Shown: positions 41,353 through 51,743, numbered from the stretch's first letter. The stretch: DNA of 64,000 nt from an uncultured delta proteobacterium (GCA_963706575.1 CAVPNL010000018.1:96001-160000); one strand, 5' to 3'. The notes: generated from the sequence alone by a model not told the origin. Numbers and translations: made by a program.

Positions 41353-42036
41353 CTAATCCGCTTTTGTTTCTTCCGAAGGGGTTTCTTCGGCAGCCGCTTC
41401 TCCTTCAGCGCCTTCCTCTTCAGCCGCCTCTTCACCTTCTTCGAGTTCCTCTTCCTCTACGGGCTCTTCTTCGACCTTCGGCGCCAGCACCGTTATGACC
41501 GTGAAATCGATATCCTCAGGCAATTCGACGTCGCCGGGTAATGCAATTTCCTGGACATGAATTGAATCCCCGATCGTAAGATCGCTAATATCCACCTCGA
41601 TTGATTCCGGAATGGCTGTCGGCAGGCAAAACAGTTCAATTTCTCTGCGGACGATCTGCAGCAGCCCGCCTTCTTCAACGCCTGCGGATTTGCCCCGGGT
41701 AACCACCGGAACGCTAACCGTTATCTTGCTCTTCATATCGATCTCATAAAAATCGATGTGAAGAAATGCGCCGCTCACCGGATTGGTTTGCAATTCCTTG
41801 ATCATGGCCGGCCGGGTAAAGGTTTTGCCGTTTTGAATCTGTAGATTCAACAAAACAGAGCCGATGTTTGCTTTTTTGACAATTTGTTCGAACTCTTTGA
41901 AATCGATCGAAAGCATCATCGAGTCTGTTTTCTGTCCGTAAAGGACCGCCGGAATCCGCCCCTCGCGGCGCAGTACCCTGGCCGGACCCTTTCCGGTCGT
42001 TTTTCTGACCTGTGCTTTTAAGTCAATTTGTTCCAA
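41353..42036 (-). CDS. rplY: 50S ribosomal protein L25/Ctc
   Basis: RREGRIPAVLYG, HIDF, acidic tail. Confidence 0.96.
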   Translation of the reverse strand: MEQIDLKAQVRKTTGKGPARVLRREGRIPAVLYGQKTDSMMLSIDFKEFEQIVKKANIGSVLLNLQIQNGKTFTRPAMIKELQTNPVSGAFLHIDFYEIDMKSKITVSVPVVTRGKSAGVEEGGLLQIVRREIELFCLPTAIPESIEVDISDLTIGDSIHVQEIALPGDVELPEDIDFTVITVLAPKVEEEPVEEEELEEGEEAAEEEGAEGEAAAEETPSEETKAD

Positions 42037-42088
42037 TGAATTATCCTCCTTACATTATCCGCCCAAACTGACGCATAAAGATAAATAA

Positions 42089-42169
42089 ATCACGAAAGTA
42101 CGAAAGGATAAAAACACGAAAAAAAAATAAAACAAATTTCGTGTTTTCTAAATTTCGTGTTTTCGTGAT
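42089..42169. repeat. Hairpin with 8-nt periodic arms (CACGAAAA)
   Basis: atcacgaaagtacgaaa...acacgaaa / tttcgtgt...tttcgtgttttcgtgat. Confidence 0.75.
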
Positions 42170-42213
42170 GAAAAAAGTTTTTTCATAAAATTCAAAAAAA
42201 CACAATTAAATCG

Positions 42214-43152
42214 TTAAACAAACAAAGAGGTTACCGAATCGCCCCGATAACTGCGGATAATGGCCTCACCCACCAACTCTGCAATCGAAATAACAACAAT
42301 TTTGCCACAGGCTACGGCTTCTTTCGTTAATGGAATGGTGTCGGTAACCACCATACTTTTCATTTCTGAATCCTTAATTCGCTCAATTGCCGGTCCGGAA
42401 AGAACTGCATGGGCACAGCAGGCATGAATTTCTCTGGCACCCTCTTCTTTAAGGGCATGGACCGCCTCGGTCAACGTACCGGCGGTGTCGACCATGTCAT
42501 CGAGGATGACGGCGATCTTGTCATTCACATCGCCGATGACCGCCATCGCCTTGGCCTGGTTGGGGGCGGATCGGCGTTTGTCGATAATTGCCAGATCAGC
42601 ATCCAGCCGTTTTGCAAACGCCCGGGCCCTTTCAACCCCGCCGGCGTCCGGCGAAACAATAACAAGACCATCATTAAATTTGTCTCTGATGTGCTCGATT
42701 AACAACGGTGCGGCAAAAATATTGTCAACCGGAATATCAAAAAAGCCCTGAATTTGGCCGGCATGCAGATCCATGGTAATCACTCGATTCGCACCGGCAA
42801 CTGTGAGCATATCTGCAACCAGTTTGGCGCTAATCGGAACCCGGGGAGCAACCTTTTTATCCTGTCGGGCATAGCCGAAATAGGGCACGACCGCAGTCAC
42901 TCTTTGCGCCGAAGACCGTTTAAATGCATCGATCATTAATAACAGCTCAACCAGGTGATCGTTGACCGGTGAGCAGGTGGATTGGATCACATAGACATCC
43001 TTTGATCGAACGTTTTCATCGATTTCAATCTGTATCTCACCGTCGCTGAAGGTTTTTACCTGAGCATTACCCAGAGACAGGTTAAGATATTCGCAGATCT
43101 TATCCGCCAGGGCAGGATTCGAATTTCCTGAAAAGATTGAAATACCTTCCAT
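42214..43152 (-). CDS. prs: Ribose-phosphate pyrophosphokinase
   Basis: [31 protein letters not shown]. Confidence 0.97.
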   Translation of the reverse strand: MEGISIFSGNSNPALADKICEYLNLSLGNAQVKTFSDGEIQIEIDENVRSKDVYVIQSTCSPVNDHLVELLLMIDAFKRSSAQRVTAVVPYFGYARQDKKVAPRVPISAKLVADMLTVAGANRVITMDLHAGQIQGFFDIPVDNIFAAPLLIEHIRDKFNDGLVIVSPDAGGVERARAFAKRLDADLAIIDKRRSAPNQAKAMAVIGDVNDKIAVILDDMVDTAGTLTEAVHALKEEGAREIHACCAHAVLSGPAIERIKDSEMKSMVVTDTIPLTKEAVACGKIVVISIAELVGEAIIRSYRGDSVTSLFV

Positions 43153-43198
43153 TTAGCCCACCGTTTTCAAGGGGTAATCTTTTTGGGGCAATTAATTT

Positions 43199-43298
43199 AC
43201 CACAGAGCACACTGAGATCGCAGAGATTGAATTTAATATTATAAGGCAGGTTTTATAATTTTAATAACTTTCTCTGTGGTCTCTGTGAACTCTGTGGT
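43199..43298. repeat. Hairpin with 9-nt periodic arms (CACAGAGNN), copy 1
   Basis: accacagagcacactgagatcgcagaga / tctctgtggtctctgtgaactctgtggt around an AT-rich spacer. Confidence 0.8.
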
Positions 43299-43332
43299 TA
43301 AATATTTTTATACAAAAATTTCATTATTTGCA

Positions 43333-43407
43333 TGGCTGGGGCGGGAGGATTCGAACCTCCGAATGCAGGGACCAAAACCCTGTGCCTTGCCACTTGGCGA
43401 CGCCCCA
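43333..43407 (-). tRNA. tRNA-Gln(TTG)
   Basis: TGGGGCGTCGCCAAGTGGCAAGGCACAGGGTTTTGGTCCCTG...CCA; typical ispE-tRNA-Gln-prs context. Confidence 0.96.
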
Positions 43408-43511
43408 TTACGCACTGTCCATTATCCGTATATTCGCGATGTTAGAACCATCTGGCCAGTTGGGTGTTCCTGCAATGACCCAGAGTCAGGCCGAATCTTT
43501 CAGACGCCGAT

Positions 43512-44369
43512 TCATATCGGATCAGCTTCATGGATCGGATCCACCAGAAATAATTTCAAATCCTTATCCGCCCTCAGACTCTGATTGGCCGATTTTGCTG
43601 TTTCGGCATTGTCGAAAAGGCCAAACACTGTTGGGCCGCTTCCGCTCATCAGCGCACCGATTGCCCCAAGATTCAGAAGCTTTTCTTTCGCCAAACCAAT
43701 TTCAGGGTATTTTGCGACAGTCACCCTTTCAAGATCATTCGTTAAATGGCGCGCCGGATCGAACCTGTCTCGCTTTAAACTGTTGCTTGTAGGTTTTTTT
43801 TGATCGTTTGTCAATCCAAAATTCAGGTTTTGGTATGTCTCTGCGGTTGAAATGCTAATCCCTTGATATAACAACAAAATATGATATGGCAAGGCCGCCT
43901 CGAAGGCCTCCAGCTTTTCACCGATGCCGGTGGCAATCGCCGGTTTTTGAAAAATAAAAAAAGGAACGTCTGCCCCCAGCGTAAGGCCCATTTCCATCAG
44001 TTGCTCCTGGGTAAAGGGCCGCTCATAGTAGGTGTTCAAGGCCATTAAAACACTGGCTGCATTGCTGCTGCCGCCGCCAAGACCGGCGGCTACCGGGATG
44101 TTTTTGTTCAGATATATGTCAACACCCTGGGCTGAATTCAGCTTGCGTAGAAACAAAGATGCCGCCCGATGCGCCAGGTTGGAATCATCGGCCGGAACGT
44201 CGGGATGGGAGCAATGGATTTCGATCGTTTTTCCCCCGCCGATCTGAAGCGAAAGCTCATCAAAAAGCGTGACGCAACACATTAAAGAAAACAATTCGTG
44301 ATAGCCATCAGGGCGTTTTCCGCAGATACGCAAAAAAAGATTGATTTTAGCAGGTGAAAGAATCTTCAT
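43512..44369 (-). CDS. ispE: 4-diphosphocytidyl-2-C-methyl-D-erythritol kinase
   Basis: PAKINLFL, GLGGGSSNAA, GADVPFF, MSGSGPT. Confidence 0.96.
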   Translation of the reverse strand: MKILSPAKINLFLRICGKRPDGYHELFSLMCCVTLFDELSLQIGGGKTIEIHCSHPDVPADDSNLAHRAASLFLRKLNSAQGVDIYLNKNIPVAAGLGGGSSNAASVLMALNTYYERPFTQEQLMEMGLTLGADVPFFIFQKPAIATGIGEKLEAFEAALPYHILLLYQGISISTAETYQNLNFGLTNDQKKPTSNSLKRDRFDPARHLTNDLERVTVAKYPEIGLAKEKLLNLGAIGALMSGSGPTVFGLFDNAETAKSANQSLRADKDLKLFLVDPIHEADPI

Positions 44370-44381
44370 AACGCTTCGCGT

Positions 44382-44570
44382 AGGTTCAGGGTTCTGGGTT
44401 CAAAGGTTCCGTGTTGTGAGTTCCATGTTGCGTGTTGCGAGTTTCGGGTTACGGGTTCGGCGTTGCGGGAATCATGCGTCAGAAGTCAGGCATTCTTTTT
44501 GCTCAGTCCTCAGCACTTGTTAACCATTTTTTTACCCTCAACCTCTGAACGCTGAACCTTGAACCTTTGA
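44382..44570. repeat. Composite 7-nt periodic repeat element (GGTTCAR / GTTGCGN) with inverted TGAACCT arm
   Basis: ggttcagggttctgggttcaaaggtt...gttgcgtgttgcgagtttcgggttacgg...aacctctgaacgctgaaccttgaacc. Confidence 0.7.
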
Positions 44571-44642
44571 TTCGGAGGGGTAAAACCGAAGATGACGTAT
44601 AGATATTAGATTCCTTAAAGATAATTTTAATATTTCAGCGGC

Positions 44643-45074
44643 TTATTGCTTTTCTTTGACATACATCAGCCGCAAATCATAAAGAATGTTTTTCAGTAAG
44701 TTCTCTTCTTCTTGGCTTAAATTTCCGGCGGTTTTTTCCTGCATCATACTGAGGATGTCAATTGTTTGCTTGGCCATCGGCAGATTTTTATTTTTGGTGC
44801 CGGTGGTTGGATCTTCAATGGCGCCCAACTGTAACAGTGCCGAAGCATTTAAAGATGCGATGAAGGTTGGGAAATTTATTTCCGGGAACTGAAAGGGCGG
44901 CTCCTGGTCTCCGGCGTCCGGCTTTTCATTTTCTTCTTTGGTTTGCGCCTCTGTTTTCTCTTCTGCCGCTGGTGCCTCTTTTTCTTCCTTTTCCCCGTCA
45001 TCCGTGTTTTCTTTTGCGAAAATTCGGCGGTCTTTTACGACAAAATCCTTCTTTTCTTCTTTTTCCTCTGGCAT
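44643..45074 (-). CDS. DUF1844-like protein
   Basis: F..FIASL...ALLQLG..EDP...NLPMAKQTIDIL....EKT.GNL...E..LL...LYDLRLMY. Confidence 0.85.
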   Translation of the reverse strand: MPEEKEEKKDFVVKDRRIFAKENTDDGEKEEKEAPAAEEKTEAQTKEENEKPDAGDQEPPFQFPEINFPTFIASLNASALLQLGAIEDPTTGTKNKNLPMAKQTIDILSMMQEKTAGNLSQEEENLLKNILYDLRLMYVKEKQ

Positions 45075-45134
45075 GGGTAACCTCCCTGATATTGGCGCTT
45101 ATAAGATATTATGTTAGGCGATTTTGTCAAGTAT

Positions 45135-45581
45135 TTACACTTTACCAAATGCATACTTGCTGATCAATTCTTCAATATCCAATGCCGGCTCGGTTTCGGT
45201 TATGGTATCTTCGGGCCCCAGGACCTCATCGGACCCCCCCGGCGTCAGCTTGATATATTTATCTCCGATCAGTCCGGCAGTCTTGACCGAGGCAATCACA
45301 TCGTCGGTCAGAACAATCTTCTTTTGGATTTTCAACCGCACCATGGCGACTTGATCTTTGGGATCCAGCAGGATGGAATCAACCTGCCCGATCGGTACCC
45401 CGGCAATTTCCACCTGAGCACCAGCCTTCAAGCCCGAAACTGAAACAAACCTCGCATTCAGAAAATAGTGATCATCTCCCAGCAATTTCATTTTTCCAAG
45501 CTGAATCGTCAGATACCCAACGCAAATCAGCCCGATTAAAACAAAAATACCGACACTCAATTCAACAGAAGACTTATTCAT
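45135..45581 (-). CDS. mlaD: MCE-domain lipid asymmetry protein MlaD
   Basis: VGIFVLIG, F..VSGLK.GAQV.IAGV.IG.V, TAGLIGDKYI. Confidence 0.93.
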   Translation of the reverse strand: MNKSSVELSVGIFVLIGLICVGYLTIQLGKMKLLGDDHYFLNARFVSVSGLKAGAQVEIAGVPIGQVDSILLDPKDQVAMVRLKIQKKIVLTDDVIASVKTAGLIGDKYIKLTPGGSDEVLGPEDTITETEPALDIEELISKYAFGKV

Positions 45582-45608
45582 ATCTCCTCCGGTTAGTTGA
45601 TGACTAAA

Positions 45609-45714
45609 TTAGCCACAGACCCACACGGACCCACACAGATAAGAAAATATGTATGATTGACAGTTTGTGTAATTTTTACATAGTCTGTGTATGTCTGTGT
45701 GCGTCAGTGGCTAA
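45609..45714. repeat. Hairpin with 10-nt periodic arms (CACAGACCCA), copy 1
   Basis: ttagccacagacccacacggacccacacaga / tctgtgtatgtctgtgtgcgtcagtggctaa. Confidence 0.8.
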
Positions 45715-45722
45715 TAATAAAA

Positions 45723-46934
45723 TCAGATCCTGCATTCCCAAAATATATTCTGCCGCTCCTCCACATCGCAGAGCATCGATTCGATTTGGCCGTCTCCTTT
45801 TGCCTGGGCGATTCCGGCAGAAACTGCAAAACACAACCCGCTGCGTTGTTCGGAAAGATCAAAGATGGCATCCGTATCCAGGTTGCGTGACAGCTTGTTG
45901 CAAAACATCCCGGCCTGATCGACATCCGTATCGGGTAATACCACCATAATCTTGTTCATGTCATAGCGAAAACAGATATCCGTGAGGTAAATATTGTTCT
46001 TTACAAAATGGGCAAAATTTCTCAGGGCGGTTTGGCCGGCCACATGACCGGCAATCCGGTCAACGTCCTCCAGGTTTTCGACTGAAAGCAGAACAATGGA
46101 AAAAGGTCGGTGATGCCGCTGTAACCGGAACATTTCCCGGGTCAACCGTTTCTGACCCAGCGACTGCGAGGCAACCCCGGTCAATTCGTCATGCGGGCTT
46201 TCCAGCCCCCGGATATAACTGCGCACGACAGGATCAGCGGTCTGCTGTATTTCTTCCGGAGACCCTTCAAAACGGATTTTTCCTTCATTCAGCATGGCAA
46301 TCCGCTGGGAAATAAAAAACACATCGGGAATTTCATGGCTGACGATGATACCGGTAAATCCAAATCGTTTCTGGTAGTCGGATATCATGCTGTGAACTGC
46401 AGTTTTGCGAATGGGATCAAGGCCCGTGGTGGGCTCATCAAATAACACAATTTCCGGATCCGTGACCAGGGCTCTGGCCAGGGCGACCCGTTTTTTCATT
46501 CCACCTGAAAGCTGGGACGGGTATTTTTCCTCGACATCAAACAGATCCAGCTGATGCAGCTTATCCTGAACCCGATCCTTGATCTCTGTTTCAACATATG
46601 CAGTGTTTTCCATGAGCGGTAAAGCGATATTTTCAAAGACATTCAGAAAATCAAAAAGTGCGGTGTCCTGAAATACATAACTGAATTTTCGTTTCAGAAC
46701 TCTGCGCTGGTCTTTTTTCATTGCAGCCAGAAGTTTTCCTTCAAAAAGCACCTGGCCCGAATCCGGCGTTAACAGACCGATGATGTGCTTTAGCAGTACA
46801 CTTTTCCCCGTGCCGCTCTGGCCGATAATGGAAGTTATTTGCCCGCGGTAGATGCTCAGGGTGACCCCATCCAGCACACAATTTGAGCCAAAGCATTTAA
46901 TAATATCTTTTATTTCAATAAGTGGTTGATCCAT
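45723..46934 (-). CDS. mlaF: MlaF ABC ATPase fused to a degenerate GGDEF-like domain
   Basis: GQSGTGKS, LSGGMKKRVALARA, DEPTTGLDP; C-terminal DELTG...VAGQTALR...FRYDMNKIMVVLP...VSAGIA. Confidence 0.87.
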   Translation of the reverse strand: MDQPLIEIKDIIKCFGSNCVLDGVTLSIYRGQITSIIGQSGTGKSVLLKHIIGLLTPDSGQVLFEGKLLAAMKKDQRRVLKRKFSYVFQDTALFDFLNVFENIALPLMENTAYVETEIKDRVQDKLHQLDLFDVEEKYPSQLSGGMKKRVALARALVTDPEIVLFDEPTTGLDPIRKTAVHSMISDYQKRFGFTGIIVSHEIPDVFFISQRIAMLNEGKIRFEGSPEEIQQTADPVVRSYIRGLESPHDELTGVASQSLGQKRLTREMFRLQRHHRPFSIVLLSVENLEDVDRIAGHVAGQTALRNFAHFVKNNIYLTDICFRYDMNKIMVVLPDTDVDQAGMFCNKLSRNLDTDAIFDLSEQRSGLCFAVSAGIAQAKGDGQIESMLCDVEERQNIFWECRI

Positions 46935-46992
46935 TATTGGAAACGCTCAATTTAGGTTTTACCTAAGTTGAGCCAGAAACGCTCAATTTAGG

Positions 46993-47793
46993 TTATAGTA
47001 GAAACGTTGTTAGCGCGTAATCCGCGATTAATATCATCACACAGGAAAGCACAACTGCGGATGTCGTCGCCTGGCTGACGCCCTTGGCCCCGAATTCAGT
47101 CCGGGTATGGGTGTAGTATCCGTTGAAGCAGCAAACGGATACCACAATTACTGCAAAGACAACGGACTTGATAAAGCCGCCGGTAACATCTACCAGGGCC
47201 ACAGAGGATTCGACCCGGGAGAAGTACAGTTCCGGATTCACACCCAATAAAATCGAGCCGGTTAAATATCCTCCCAATATTCCGACCACGTCAAAAAGTG
47301 CGGTCAAAAGCGGGAAGCTGATCAATGCGGCTGCAATTCTGGGGCTGACCAGATAACGAATGGGGTCGATGTCCATGGTTTCTAACGCATCGATCTGCTC
47401 GGAGATGCGCATGATTCCAATCTCTGCCGCCATAGCCGATCCGCCTCTGGCAATGACCATCACGGCGGCCAGCACCGGACCCATTTCGCGAATCAGCGAC
47501 AGCGCCACGGCCGAGCCCAAAATCCCGGTGGAGCCATACTTGACCAGCAGGTAGTATCCTTGAAGGCCCAGAACCATTCCGGTAAATGCCCCCGTCAGAC
47601 AGACGACAAAAACCGATTTCATGCCGATAAAATATACCTGCTGTAAAATTTTATCGATTTGCAACGGCAGGGAAAAAATGAGGACAAAGCCTTTTAAAAA
47701 AAAAAGAGCGATTCTGCCCAGGTCCTGAACAAAGACCACGGTGTAGCGGCCCATGGCAATTAACGGGTTTTTTATAACAACAAGCAGGTCCAT
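46993..47793 (-). CDS. mlaE: MlaE permease
   Basis: REMGPVLAA, GSAMAAEIGIMRISEQIDAL, GVSQATTSAVV. Confidence 0.94.
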   Translation of the reverse strand: MDLLVVIKNPLIAMGRYTVVFVQDLGRIALFFLKGFVLIFSLPLQIDKILQQVYFIGMKSVFVVCLTGAFTGMVLGLQGYYLLVKYGSTGILGSAVALSLIREMGPVLAAVMVIARGGSAMAAEIGIMRISEQIDALETMDIDPIRYLVSPRIAAALISFPLLTALFDVVGILGGYLTGSILLGVNPELYFSRVESSVALVDVTGGFIKSVVFAVIVVSVCCFNGYYTHTRTEFGAKGVSQATTSAVVLSCVMILIADYALTTFLL

Positions 47794-48001
47794 AGAAAGT
47801 GCCCCGATGCGATGATATTTGCGATAAATCAGGAAGAATTAAGGAAATCATAGCAAAATGTCAAGCAGGTTTCAAGGAAGGCGACAATTGACCATTGACG
47901 CCTAACTCCAAAAAGGTTAACCAAGTCCGTTGAGCCGGATAGCCAATTTCCCACTAGACGGCCAAAAAGGGAATTCTGTCTAATTTTAGCTTAATAATTT
48001 T

Positions 48002-48103
48002 ACCACAGAGAACACAGAGACCGCAGAGGGATGTTTTTTTAGGTAATAATTTTTAGCTTGTTTTTAATATTTTCTTCTCTGTGAGCTCTGTGCACTCTGT
48101 GGT
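48002..48103. repeat. Hairpin with 9-nt periodic arms (CACAGAGNN), copy 2
   Basis: accacagagaacacagagaccgcagag / ctctgtgagctctgtgcactctgtggt. Confidence 0.8.
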
Positions 48104-48130
48104 GAAATAATACAGTTGCGTTTTCCAGTC

Positions 48131-50020
48131 ATGATTCGAATAGAAAGCCTGCATAAAAGCTACGGAGATCTGATCCTGTTTGAAGGCATCAATTTTGCCC
48201 TCAATGAAAGAGAGCGCCTGGGGGTCGTGGGTCGCAATGGTCACGGAAAAACGACGTTGTTTCGGATGATTCTGAGAAAGGAAAATCCCGATTCCGGCAG
48301 CATTGTTGTCCCCAAAAACTACCGCATCGGTTATGTCAGCCAAAATCTGGAGTTCCGCCAAAGTACGATTTTAACTGAGGCCATTTCAGCGCTTCCGGAG
48401 CCGGAAGAAGATCATCACTGGAAAGCAGAGAAAATCCTCGCCGGTCTGGGCTTTAAGCAGACGGATTTCCAGAGGCACCCAAAGGAATTTTCAGGGGGCT
48501 ACCAGGTCCGGTTGAATCTGGCCAAAGCATTGATTGCCGAACCGGACCTTTTGTTACTTGATGAACCCACAAACTTTCTGGACATTATTTCCATCCGCTG
48601 GATCGAACGGTTTCTGCAAACCTGGCCTCATGAAATCATGCTGATCACCCATGACCGCAGTTTTATGGATAAACTGGTTACGCATACCATGGGGATCCAT
48701 CGCTGCGCGGTGCGCAAAATTGAAGGCAACACGGCAAAGTACTATGATCAAATTGCTCAGGATGAAGAGATTTATGAAAAGACCCGCATGAAAGACGCCC
48801 GTCGGCGCAAAGAAATCGAGCAATTTATCACCCGTTTCAGGGCCAAAGCCAGGCAGGCGAACCTGGTGCAATCCCGTATTAAAACCCTGCAGAAAATGGA
48901 AAAAAAACAAAAACTTGAAAAACTAAAAATATTGGATTTTTCCTTCAGCAGCAGCCCTTTCCAGGCCAGGCACCTGCTTAGCGCCCGCAACGTAAATTTT
49001 TCCTACGATACGGAAAATCCGCTCGTTCGTGATTTTAAAATCACCGTGGAGGCCGGGGAACGAATCTGTGTGGTGGGGCCCAATGGAAAAGGCAAATCTA
49101 CCCTGTTAAGACTGCTGGCCGGGGAACTGTTGCCCGATACGGGTCAGCTTAAATATCATCCGGCTGTCAAAAAAGGCTATTTTGAGCAGAGCAGTGTACA
49201 AACACTGGTTGAAAACCGAACCGTCCTGGATGAAATCATTTTTTCAAATCCGGATGGTGATCGGCAGCGGGCCCGCAATGTTTGCGGGGCGATGATGTTT
49301 TCAGGAGACGATGCCTTAAAAAAAATCAGTGTGCTCTCCGGCGGTGAAAAAAGCCGCGTGATGCTGGGCAAGCTTTTGGTGTCTGCAACGAACCTGCTGC
49401 TGCTGGACGAGCCGACCAATCATCTCGACATGGAATCCTGCGATGCCCTGCTCGCAGCCATAGATAACTTTGAGGGAACCGTAATTATGGTGACCCATAA
49501 CGAAATGTTTCTGTATGCACTGGCTCAACGGCTGATCGTGTTTCAAAATGACGGCATAGATATTTTTGGCGGCAGTTATCAGCAGTTTTTAGAAAAAGGC
49601 GGCTGGCAGGATGAAAGCAAAGTGAATCAGACACCACAACAGCCCGACACCCAGGTGGATGATTCTGTAAAACTTACCAAAAAGGAACTGCGGCGTCAGA
49701 GATCAGAAATTATTTCCCGGCGTTCCCGGATCCTCAAACCGATCCAGCAGCAGGCTCAGGCGCTCGAAAACGAAATTGAAAAAAATGAGCGGGAACTCGA
49801 CCGTCTGAACCAATCCATGCAGCCGGCTGCCCAGAATCAGGACGGTACGAAAATCGCTGAAATTTCCCAGGCCATTCACCTATGTCGGCAAACCATCGAC
49901 GACCTGTTTGAAAAGCTGGAAGAATTGACCCGTGACCTCGAAACTCGCAAGGCCGAGTTTGATGCCCACCTGCAAAGCCTCGATTCAGAAACCGAATCAC
50001 CTCCCTCTTCCGATACGTAA
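48131..50020 (+). CDS. ABC-F family ATP-binding protein
   Basis: Two ABC domains (GRNGHGKT/FSGG/LDEPTN; GPNGKGKS/LSGGE/LDEPTNHLD), no TM, coiled-coil tail. Confidence 0.94.
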   Translation: MIRIESLHKSYGDLILFEGINFALNERERLGVVGRNGHGKTTLFRMILRKENPDSGSIVVPKNYRIGYVSQNLEFRQSTILTEAISALPEPEEDHHWKAEKILAGLGFKQTDFQRHPKEFSGGYQVRLNLAKALIAEPDLLLLDEPTNFLDIISIRWIERFLQTWPHEIMLITHDRSFMDKLVTHTMGIHRCAVRKIEGNTAKYYDQIAQDEEIYEKTRMKDARRRKEIEQFITRFRAKARQANLVQSRIKTLQKMEKKQKLEKLKILDFSFSSSPFQARHLLSARNVNFSYDTENPLVRDFKITVEAGERICVVGPNGKGKSTLLRLLAGELLPDTGQLKYHPAVKKGYFEQSSVQTLVENRTVLDEIIFSNPDGDRQRARNVCGAMMFSGDDALKKISVLSGGEKSRVMLGKLLVSATNLLLLDEPTNHLDMESCDALLAAIDNFEGTVIMVTHNEMFLYALAQRLIVFQNDGIDIFGGSYQQFLEKGGWQDESKVNQTPQQPDTQVDDSVKLTKKELRRQRSEIISRRSRILKPIQQQAQALENEIEKNERELDRLNQSMQPAAQNQDGTKIAEISQAIHLCRQTIDDLFEKLEELTRDLETRKAEFDAHLQSLDSETESPPSSDT

Positions 50021-50058
50021 TCCGCTATTCCAACTTTCAGAATCGTTTTTATTTATTC

Positions 50059-50316
50059 AGCCACAGACCCACACAGACTCACACAAACAAAACTTTTCCT
50101 CGGGCGTCTTTGACTGACAAAAAACTTGTATGCCTCCATAAAGACGGCCACAGCTTAAACTCAGTTTAAAAAACATATCGTAGCAATAATACCTGTTCTA
50201 CTTAAATGACTTTATGTGAGGATAGATTTTTTTTTAATCGCGAAGCGATTGACTGTTTTTGGCCGAGCAGGTCGCTCGGCCAAAAGGTCTGTGTGAGTCC
50301 GTGTGGGTCTGTGGCT
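50059..50316. repeat. Hairpin with 10-nt periodic arms, copy 2, enclosing about 200 bp with nested inverted repeats
   Basis: agccacagacccacacagactcacacaaac / gtctgtgtgagtccgtgtgggtctgtggct; internal ttttggccgagc-aggtc-gctcggccaaaa. Confidence 0.8.
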
Positions 50317-50330
50317 AATTTATCCGGTCG

Positions 50331-51605
50331 TCAACGAATCCGCTTTTTCTTTCGACGTGTGATGAAAAAATAACACAGCCCGGCTACAAACAATGAGGGC
50401 ATGGAGCCGCCGATGGGATATTTCATAAGAGCAATCAGTTCATATACAAAAAATCCACTCGCCCAGCAGATTAACGCAATGCCATTAAAGCCTTTGGCAT
50501 ACCAGTATTTACCCTCCGGCTGGTAAAGGTCCTGCGTGCTGATCCGGCGGTCTCGAATAAAAAAATAGTCGGTCAGAACAACCCCAAACAGGGGCACAAA
50601 CATGGCGCCGATCAGAAAGAGGAAATTTTCATATTGTTCCATTGGAAAAACCAGCGCAACCAGTATGGAAATAATGCCCGCCGCCCAGACAATGCTTTTT
50701 GAGCTGAATCTTTGAGAGATATTCAGCGTTGAGCAGGCCGCGGAATACACATCCGGAAAACCGGTGGTGATGGTAGAAAACACCACCATGGCCAGGGCCG
50801 GAACCGCCAGGCCTATTTTGCCCATAAGCTGCAAAATTAATGTGCCTGGATCACTTGCTCCGGCAACCAGGGTTGCGGTTAAACCCAGCGCATACATCCA
50901 TGATGAAATCAGAAAGTAGCCCAGCCAGGTATTCCAGAAGGCCGGAGCGGCCCTTTTGGAGAACCGTGAGTAATCCGCCACTAGCGGCATCCAGGAAATA
51001 GGCATGGCGATGACCAAATCCAGGCCAATCATAAATGGCATATTCTGCGATTTGACCTCAAAGACATCGCTTCCAAATTCATTGACTGACACACCACTCA
51101 TCAGCAGGATGACCAGCAATAGTCCGATAACCGTCATTTTCTGCATCACGCGCCAGATCGGGTTGCCCGTCATCTGTGCCCATAAGAGGGTTCCCAATCC
51201 TATTGCGACAATCCAGAACTGGTTGGATGCCAGAATTCCCCCTAGTGGTTTGCCCAGCATGGCACCGGCCCGGCCGCCGATGATCAGCATAATCGAGGCC
51301 CAGCCGATTAGTTGGATAATGTTTAAAACAGCTGCCAGATTTGAACCGCGAATACCGAATGATGGCCGAACGGAAACCATTGACATAATGCCGTGTTCAG
51401 ACCCGATAACCCCCCCCAGTGCCATAAAGGTATTCCCGATAATGTGCCCCAGAAAAATTGCCAGGATACCCATCCAAAACCCCATGGGCGCTAAAAATCC
51501 GCCGGCCCAAATTTCCGCCAGAGATATGGCCACCCCGGCCCACAATAAAAAATAGTCCAGACCGCTGAGACTGCGTTGTCCGGCGCCAATCGGTTGAATG
51601 TCCAT
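50331..51605 (-). CDS. cytX: Putative hydroxymethylpyrimidine transporter (NCS1 family)
   Basis: Start at MDIQPIG after AAGGAG; LW.G..IS.AEI..G, LVIAMPISWMPLVADYSR; lies downstream of a TPP riboswitch. Confidence 0.88.
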   Translation of the reverse strand: MDIQPIGAGQRSLSGLDYFLLWAGVAISLAEIWAGGFLAPMGFWMGILAIFLGHIIGNTFMALGGVIGSEHGIMSMVSVRPSFGIRGSNLAAVLNIIQLIGWASIMLIIGGRAGAMLGKPLGGILASNQFWIVAIGLGTLLWAQMTGNPIWRVMQKMTVIGLLLVILLMSGVSVNEFGSDVFEVKSQNMPFMIGLDLVIAMPISWMPLVADYSRFSKRAAPAFWNTWLGYFLISSWMYALGLTATLVAGASDPGTLILQLMGKIGLAVPALAMVVFSTITTGFPDVYSAACSTLNISQRFSSKSIVWAAGIISILVALVFPMEQYENFLFLIGAMFVPLFGVVLTDYFFIRDRRISTQDLYQPEGKYWYAKGFNGIALICWASGFFVYELIALMKYPIGGSMPSLFVAGLCYFFITRRKKKRIR

Positions 51606-51709
51606 TTTGCACTCCTTGTCTATAGTGTCAGAGGGCAGATGAATATCGGAAGTAGGGCGGGCCTCCGCGCCCGCCGGCATTGGCCGGCGCGGAGGCCGGC
51701 CTTTGAAAC

Positions 51710-51738
51710 AAAAAAAGCCACCCGGATAGCGGGCGGCC
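51710..51738 (-). terminator. Riboswitch-controlled intrinsic terminator
   Basis: GCCGCCCG-ctatc-CGGGTGGC followed by T7, just downstream of the aptamer. Confidence 0.8.
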
Positions 51739-51743
51739 TGATC

